A stretch of DNA of 32,000 bases from Candidatus Velamenicoccus archaeovorus (GTDB taxonomy: Bacteria; Omnitrophota; Gorgyraeia; Velamenicoccales; Velamenicoccaceae): the NCBI RefSeq assembly GCF_004102945.1, contig NZ_CP019384.1, positions 1,410,001-1,442,000 on the forward strand. Direction: 5' to 3'. The notes beneath the pieces were generated by a model. It did no database searches and was not told the origin of the DNA. It saw only the letters and a list, made by a program, of their open reading frames with translations. The position numbers and the translations under genes are program-made. How positions within the stretch are numbered: position 1 is the stretch's first letter; every line of letters begins with the position of its first letter. This document shows positions 27,092 through 32,000 of this stretch, in pieces.

Positions 27092-28153
27092 TCAAGAAAA
27101 CCCCGGGGTCCGCCGCAGCACCTTGACCGTTCCTGCAGGCATGGGATATTTGTCCAGTTTCTTTCGCTGCACCCACCGGTGGTTTGCGTCCTGCCTCGGG
27201 ACAGGCGCCACATCACACTCCCAGGCAAAGAGCCTAACCTGGAACCGCGTGTAGGCATGACGGACTGTTGCCGCTGGACGGGCGGCCAGGACACGGACGC
27301 CCAATTCCTCTTTGAGCTCCCGCGCCAAGGCCTTGCGCGGCGTCTCTCCTTTCCTTACTTTTCCGCCGGGCAATTCCCAGAGACCTGCAAGCAATCCCGT
27401 CGACGGACGTCTCTGCAAAAAAATCGCATTTTTGCGGCGGATGATGCCAACGACAGCTTCGATCCTTTGGGTGGTCTTTCTTGTCTTTGGAGGAAACTCT
27501 TCCGGGATACCCTCTGCGCAAGCCCGGCAATCGCTTTTTATCGGACACGCGGGGCAGGCAGGGCCCTCGGGCTTGCAGACCAGCGCGCCCAATTCCATCA
27601 AGGCCTGATTGAAAATTCCCGGCTGCCGGGCCGGCATGACCTCCTGAAGAAATGAATAGATGCGCTGATCAAGGGCGGAGGTTTTTCCTCTCAGCATCAG
27701 CAGGCGGCAAATCACCCGGCGGACGTTGGCATCGACAACCGGCTGGCGCTGCCCAAAGGCGATGCTCAAAACGGCGCCTGTCGTATAAGGCCCAAAACCG
27801 GGAAGCTTCTTCAATGATTCCCGATCGGCCGGTAGGCGACCATCGTATTCCCGCACGATGACCCCGGCCGCCTGATGCAAATTCCTGGCGCGGCTGTAAT
27901 ATCCCAACCCTTGCCATGATGCCAGCACATCTTCCAGCGAGGCGCGGGCCACGTGGCGCAGGGACGGAAAACGATGCAACCACCGTTCATAATACGGAAT
28001 GACCGTCCCGACAGTCGTCTGCTGAAGCATCACTTCGGAGACCCATATCTTATAAGGATCACAGGTCCGGCGCCAGGGAAGTCTGCGGTGATTTTTTTGA
28101 TACCAACGGGTGAGCTTACTCGTCCAGCCGGAGGTCTTCTTGAGGCTTCTCAT
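27092..28153 (-). CDS. mutY: A/G-specific adenine DNA glycosylase MutY
   Basis: PWRRTCDPYKIWVSEVMLQQT, an HhH-GPD region, a Cx6Cx2Cx5C Fe-S loop (CKPEGPACPACPIKSDC) and a C-terminal NUDIX-like domain (GLWELPGGK). Its start shares 1 nt with the upstream stop (TGATG). Confidence 0.9.
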   Translation of the reverse strand: MRSLKKTSGWTSKLTRWYQKNHRRLPWRRTCDPYKIWVSEVMLQQTTVGTVIPYYERWLHRFPSLRHVARASLEDVLASWQGLGYYSRARNLHQAAGVIVREYDGRLPADRESLKKLPGFGPYTTGAVLSIAFGQRQPVVDANVRRVICRLLMLRGKTSALDQRIYSFLQEVMPARQPGIFNQALMELGALVCKPEGPACPACPIKSDCRACAEGIPEEFPPKTRKTTQRIEAVVGIIRRKNAIFLQRRPSTGLLAGLWELPGGKVRKGETPRKALARELKEELGVRVLAARPAATVRHAYTRFQVRLFAWECDVAPVPRQDANHRWVQRKKLDKYPMPAGTVKVLRRTPGFS

Positions 28154-29016
28154 CAGTCCTGAATCTCGAAAGTCTTCATGTTCTTCTGCGTATTGCTCAG
28201 CTTGTCCAGAAAAATATTAATCTCCTTGACGCTCTTGTCGTCGCCCCGCTTTTCAAAAAGATCCCTGGCTTCGACAAGGCAGGAACGGGACTTGGAATAT
28301 TCTTCGTCCATGAAATAAGCCACGCCCAGGCTATAAAAGGCCTTCGGATCCTGCGGCGCAAGCTTTGTCGCTTTCAGATAAGCGTTGATGGACTCGGGAT
28401 ATTTTTTTAAAGACGAATACGAAGCCCCCAGGTTCATATAAGTATCGACGCCGCAAGCGCCGTTCTTGACAGCCATTTCAAAATATGTCGCTGCGTTCTG
28501 AAAATCCCCCGTACCATAATACAACGAAGCAAGGTTATAACTGGCCTCGCTCAGGTTCGGATCGAGGTCCAGCGCCTTCTGGAAATCAGTCCTGGCCTGA
28601 AGTGTATCGCCGCCCAGCGAGTGAACGATCCCCAGGAGATTATACGTTCGGGGATAAGAAGGCTCCATGATGATGGCCTTGCGGAGCTCTTCTGCGGCGT
28701 GCTCCAGCATGCCCTGCCGCAGATAATTCAACCCCTTGAAGAGAAGCGCCGCATACGTCGAACCGATCCTCCTGCGATCAAGATCGTCGATGACCTTGAG
28801 CGAACTCAACAGCGTCGCATTCGAAGGATCTTCTTTAAGGCTCTCCTCAAATTCCTTGCGGGCCTCATCGAATGCCCCCTGTGAAGCCAGCTCCATCCCC
28901 CGGACGAGGTGAAGCGAGGCCTGGGATTGTGCCTCGCCCATGGCCGCGCTGCACAGAAACAGGATATAAAAAATAACCAGCAGGCCGATGCCGCGCCATT
29001 TTCTCATCTTCATCAT
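28153..29016 (-). CDS. Secreted TPR-repeat protein
   Basis: Start chosen at MMKMRKWRGIGLLVIFYILFLCSAAMG (signal peptide), preceded by an AAGAGGAG RBS. Repeated TPR-like A/Y/G patterns (AxxxxxxALxLDPNxxEAxYNLG). Confidence 0.75.
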   Translation of the reverse strand: MMKMRKWRGIGLLVIFYILFLCSAAMGEAQSQASLHLVRGMELASQGAFDEARKEFEESLKEDPSNATLLSSLKVIDDLDRRRIGSTYAALLFKGLNYLRQGMLEHAAEELRKAIIMEPSYPRTYNLLGIVHSLGGDTLQARTDFQKALDLDPNLSEASYNLASLYYGTGDFQNAATYFEMAVKNGACGVDTYMNLGASYSSLKKYPESINAYLKATKLAPQDPKAFYSLGVAYFMDEEYSKSRSCLVEARDLFEKRGDDKSVKEINIFLDKLSNTQKNMKTFEIQD

Positions 29017-29129
29017 CAATACTCCTCTTGAAACCTGCGGTCTGCCCTCGGGGAGGCTCGGAGGATTGCCCCCCTTTTTTTCTTCCACACAAAGGAAGGA
29101 TCTGATCTTCGCCGCATCCTGCGGCTCGA

Positions 29130-30050
29130 TCAAAATTTATTAATGACCTGCCGGATACCCTCTTCCATGAAAGACGACCCGCCTGCCGGCCTCCTCTCGC
29201 CGCGAGCCTCTGCCGCTTCGTCCGCATAAAGCTGGGCTTTCTGAAATTCCGCGACGCCATCGTTCTCGCGGCCGAGGGCATAATAACAAGCGCCCAAAAA
29301 GCCGTGGGCGTCAGGATCAGAGGGATCAAGAGCCAAATATCTCTCGAAAAGGCCGGCGGCCTTCTGGAATTCCTGGGCAGAAAAATAAGAATAGCCGAGG
29401 CTGAAAAGGACCTCTGTGTCCATGGGATTGGCTTTCAATAGTTTCTCAAAAAAAGGAATGGCCTCACGGTAAAGTTTCCTGGCATTATAAAGGGTACCGA
29501 GGTTGTAATACAGCTCCATCGCATCGGGCTTGATGTCGAGCGCGCGCTGGAAAGCCTTTGTGGCGGCCTCATAGCGCATCTTCAGGAATAAAAGCGTCCC
29601 CTCGAACAACGCCTGGGCGAATTCCGGGCTGATCCTCCCCTGCCGAAGGTCTTCAAGGATATGGAGGGATTCCGCTGTGTTGCCGTCTTCGGGATTCTTT
29701 TTGAGGTTTGCCTCGAAGGCCCGGACGGCATCCTGGAATTTCCCCTGGGAAGCCAGAAAAAGCCCTTCTTCAAAATCACCGCTCACCTCGTCTTTAGTGA
29801 TCGAAATGGCCCGGAGTTGGAATTCCGCCGGGGGCTTGCCGTCGATGGTCTCGATGAGGCGGGTCTCGTAATAAAGCGGGCGGCCGTCGAGATCGATGCA
29901 GACCATATTGTCCGTTTTGGCGTCAATGCGCCCTTCAAGGACCTTGCCGCTTTTCAAAATGACCGTCTCGGCAGGGCACGGCCCGCACGCCGCAAAAAAT
30001 GAAAACAACGAAACCAAAACGAACAAATCCCTCAAACGGCCCTTATCCAT
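29130..30050 (-). CDS. TPR-repeat lipoprotein with a small N-terminal beta-rich domain
   Basis: Signal plus lipobox-like FFAAC. Then ETVILKSGKVLEGRIDAKTDNMVCIDLDG..., followed by TPR repeats (YYNLGTLYNARKLYREAIPFFEKLLKANP). The start abuts the BASS stop with no gap. Confidence 0.75.
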   Translation of the reverse strand: MDKGRLRDLFVLVSLFSFFAACGPCPAETVILKSGKVLEGRIDAKTDNMVCIDLDGRPLYYETRLIETIDGKPPAEFQLRAISITKDEVSGDFEEGLFLASQGKFQDAVRAFEANLKKNPEDGNTAESLHILEDLRQGRISPEFAQALFEGTLLFLKMRYEAATKAFQRALDIKPDAMELYYNLGTLYNARKLYREAIPFFEKLLKANPMDTEVLFSLGYSYFSAQEFQKAAGLFERYLALDPSDPDAHGFLGACYYALGRENDGVAEFQKAQLYADEAAEARGERRPAGGSSFMEEGIRQVINKF

Positions 30051-30974
30051 TTAATCTGCGCTCCTCCGGCTCCAGATTTCAGCCAGGATGGCGGCCGTCA
30101 CAATGCACCACGTCGCAAACAACGCATTGGGCAAAGCGGCCTGGTCGGAAAAATGTTTAAGGGCCAAGACAGCTCCCAGCCCCGCATTTTGCATGCCGAC
30201 CTCCAAAGACAAGGTACGGCGTCTCTTGGTGTCGAACCGATAAAGAACAGCCGCCCCGTATCCCAACGACAACCCCAGGGCGTTATGCAGGAAAACAGCG
30301 GCAAAAATGATTGCGCTGACGCCGGCCAGATAATCCTTGTTGAGGGCGACGACCAAGCCGCAGATAAATGCAATAAACAACGTCGAGAGCGCAGGAAAAA
30401 CGGCGATGAAATTGCCGATCTTATCGCGCAGCATATGCTTCAACCCCATCCCCGCCGCCAAAGGCACGATGACCATCTTGAAAATACTCAAAAACATCGG
30501 CCAGAATGGGACATGGAAATACGTCCCCGCATAAAGATACGTCAAAAGCGGCGTCAGGACCGGAGCCAGAAAGGTGGACATCGACGTCAGGGCGATGGAA
30601 TACGCCACATCTGCGCGCGCCAGATACGATATGACGTTTGAGGCCATGGCCCCTGGAACGGCCCCGGTGAGGATGACGCCGAGCGCCAGCGCCGGAGGCA
30701 AATGCAACAGACGCGCCACCGCAAATCCGGCCGCGGGCATGATGGCGAACTGCGCCAGCGTCCCCAAAAGCACAAGATGCGGCTGGATGAAGATGGGCTT
30801 GAAATCCCTGGCATCCAGGATCATACCGATACCCAGCATCGTCAACGTGAAAAACCACTCCATCCCGAAACGGCAGACGATAAAGGCGCACGGAAAAAAA
30901 TAAGCGATGACACCCGCCAACACCACCCAAACCGCCAAAAGCCGCGTAAATTTTTCACAGATGCGTTGGAACAC
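30051..30974 (-). CDS. Bile acid:sodium symporter (BASS) family transporter
   Basis: LGIGMILDARDF, GVILTGAVPGAMASNVISYLARADVAYS and EVGMQNAGLGAVLA are typical BASS blocks. I prefer the GTG start at 30974, preceded by an AAAGGAGGAAAG RBS. It overlaps the rSAM 3' end by 20 nt. Confidence 0.78.
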   Translation of the reverse strand: MFQRICEKFTRLLAVWVVLAGVIAYFFPCAFIVCRFGMEWFFTLTMLGIGMILDARDFKPIFIQPHLVLLGTLAQFAIMPAAGFAVARLLHLPPALALGVILTGAVPGAMASNVISYLARADVAYSIALTSMSTFLAPVLTPLLTYLYAGTYFHVPFWPMFLSIFKMVIVPLAAGMGLKHMLRDKIGNFIAVFPALSTLFIAFICGLVVALNKDYLAGVSAIIFAAVFLHNALGLSLGYGAAVLYRFDTKRRRTLSLEVGMQNAGLGAVLALKHFSDQAALPNALFATWCIVTAAILAEIWSRRSAD

Positions 30975-31929
30975 CTTTCCTCCTTTTGCGTATCTTTCCG
31001 GCCAGGCTGCCGTAAGCTTCGCAACCAAAACAAGGCACGGCCGGCGAAAGGCGCCTCTTCCCGACGATAACATCCTGCCATGCCCGGTAAGACGGATCAG
31101 CCATGCAATCGCGCAAACCCGAATGGAAAACGTTTCCAAAAGCCGTCCGCTGATTCATGCAACAACCAAGAAGCTTCCCATCCCAATTGATTTGGGGCGA
31201 ATTCCAGACCTGAAGACAAGGCGCAAAATACGACTTCCCGTAAGTCTCGAGGAATTCCTTTCTCGAGGCAACGCCCAGGCCGGATTCCCTGACAACATCC
31301 TGACGGTTCCTGACAGGAGAATAATCGGCGCCCCAGGACAAACGCGTCAAAAAACCCATCTTTAGCCCAAAGGCCATGACCCTGGCGCGGGCGATCTGGT
31401 GCTCGTTATGACCGAAGATCACAAACTGCCACGTCAGGGCCGGAGTGTCTGAGCGGCAAGATTCCTTAAAATGATTGATGAGGCGGATATTCTTAATAAC
31501 ACGCAGAAGATTGCCCCCGCGCCGATATCTCTCATATGTGCGCTGGTCCGCTCCGTCAATGGCCACCGTAAGCCGGCTGAACCCCGAACGCACCAGGCAT
31601 TCGGCCATCGACGGACTGAGCGTATTGAGGTTGGAGATGCCGCTCAGTTCTACTCCTTTATCCGAGGCGTACGCCACGATCTTCCTCAGCTCCGGATTCA
31701 AAAATAGTTCACCGTGGGTAGAAAACCCGATATGTCCGATCTGCGGATGCCCGTCGAGAAAACGGCGAAAATGGGCCAATGTCAAATGCCCCCATCCGAT
31801 GATCCCCGGCCTTCTTTTCCGGCCGGGCGTATCGCATAAAGGACAGCGAAGCTGACACCTGCTTGACGCTTCAAGAAAAACACTTTGCGGCATATCCTTG
31901 CGTCCGATCATGTCCTTGTGCCGAAACAC
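30955..31929 (-). CDS. Radical SAM protein with a C-terminal SPASM/twitch-like Cys region
   Basis: CxxxCxxC (SRCQLRCPLC) near the N-terminus. C-terminal C-x12-G-x4-C (CLQVWNSPQINWDGKLLGC) and CFGC. The first codon at 31929 is GTG; ATGs at 31911 and 31893 are alternative starts. Confidence 0.78.
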   Translation of the reverse strand: MFRHKDMIGRKDMPQSVFLEASSRCQLRCPLCDTPGRKRRPGIIGWGHLTLAHFRRFLDGHPQIGHIGFSTHGELFLNPELRKIVAYASDKGVELSGISNLNTLSPSMAECLVRSGFSRLTVAIDGADQRTYERYRRGGNLLRVIKNIRLINHFKESCRSDTPALTWQFVIFGHNEHQIARARVMAFGLKMGFLTRLSWGADYSPVRNRQDVVRESGLGVASRKEFLETYGKSYFAPCLQVWNSPQINWDGKLLGCCMNQRTAFGNVFHSGLRDCMADPSYRAWQDVIVGKRRLSPAVPCFGCEAYGSLAGKIRKRRKGVPTHL

Positions 31930-31930
31930 C

Positions 31931-31999
31931 TTACATGGCCTTCAGATAAATGAACCTCAGGATAAAAAGCACGGCCAGGAAATAAACCAGCCAGGAGAC
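31931..31999 (-). CDS. 3' end of an upstream, probably membrane, protein (partial)
   Basis: An open frame runs off the window edge and ends ...VSWLVYFLAVLFILRFIYLKAM* (TAA at 31933-31931), 1 nt before the rSAM ORF. Only 22 codons are visible. Confidence 0.3.
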   Translation of the reverse strand, partial: VSWLVYFLAVLFILRFIYLKAM

Positions 32000-32000
32000 T

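Noticed and set aside
29017-29133. Longer N-terminus of the TPR protein (start at 29133, forming an ATGA overlap with the upstream stop).
   Set aside because: It would bury the obvious signal peptide 40 residues inside the protein. An AAGAGGAG RBS sits just before the internal MMKMRKW start. Similar maximal-ORF extensions were trimmed for tal, korA, cysK, metY, the YezD-like gene, phoU2, pstS2, the porin and BASS.

Overview
This is a densely packed bacterial chromosomal segment, probably from a diderm anaerobe (outer-membrane barrels ending in Phe, ferredoxin-type 2-oxoacid oxidoreductase). Every gene except the truncated first one lies on the minus strand. Reading the minus strand from high to low coordinates: tail of a membrane protein; a tightly coupled block of radical SAM/SPASM protein, BASS-family transporter, two TPR proteins and mutY; phoB-phoR; a GC-rich multi-hairpin spacer; a phased Pho-box-like promoter; a small unknown ORF; pst operon 2 (porin-pstS-pstC-pstA-pstB-phoU); a terminator; pst operon 1 (pstS-pstC-pstA-pstB-pstB-phoU). 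Then comes a sulfur amino-acid block (Rrf2 regulator, DUF2292/YezD-like protein, outer-membrane barrel, metY, cysK, metX-metW), followed by a 58-aa 4-OT tautomerase missing from the ORF track, korA-korB, transaldolase and tRNA-Ser(GCU). The low-coordinate end holds a small membrane ORF, a frameshifted membrane/spermidine-synthase-like gene and a convergent partial beta-lactamase-like gene on the plus strand. I found no CRISPR array, transposase, integrase, rRNA or recognisable defence system. The most interesting signal is in pst operon 1. Its two tandem PstB ATPases carry complementary motif lesions that all map to one composite ATP site. That implies an asymmetric phosphate importer with one active site, encoded beside a fully canonical second Pst system. 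Other points worth a second look: four heptamers at exact 11-bp phasing downstream of phoBR, a 28-bp perfect direct repeat with hairpin partners upstream of korA, a terminator-like leader before the YezD-like gene, and a 1-nt frameshift in the spermidine-synthase-like gene. All calls rest on reading the sequence and recalling family motifs; no searches were run.
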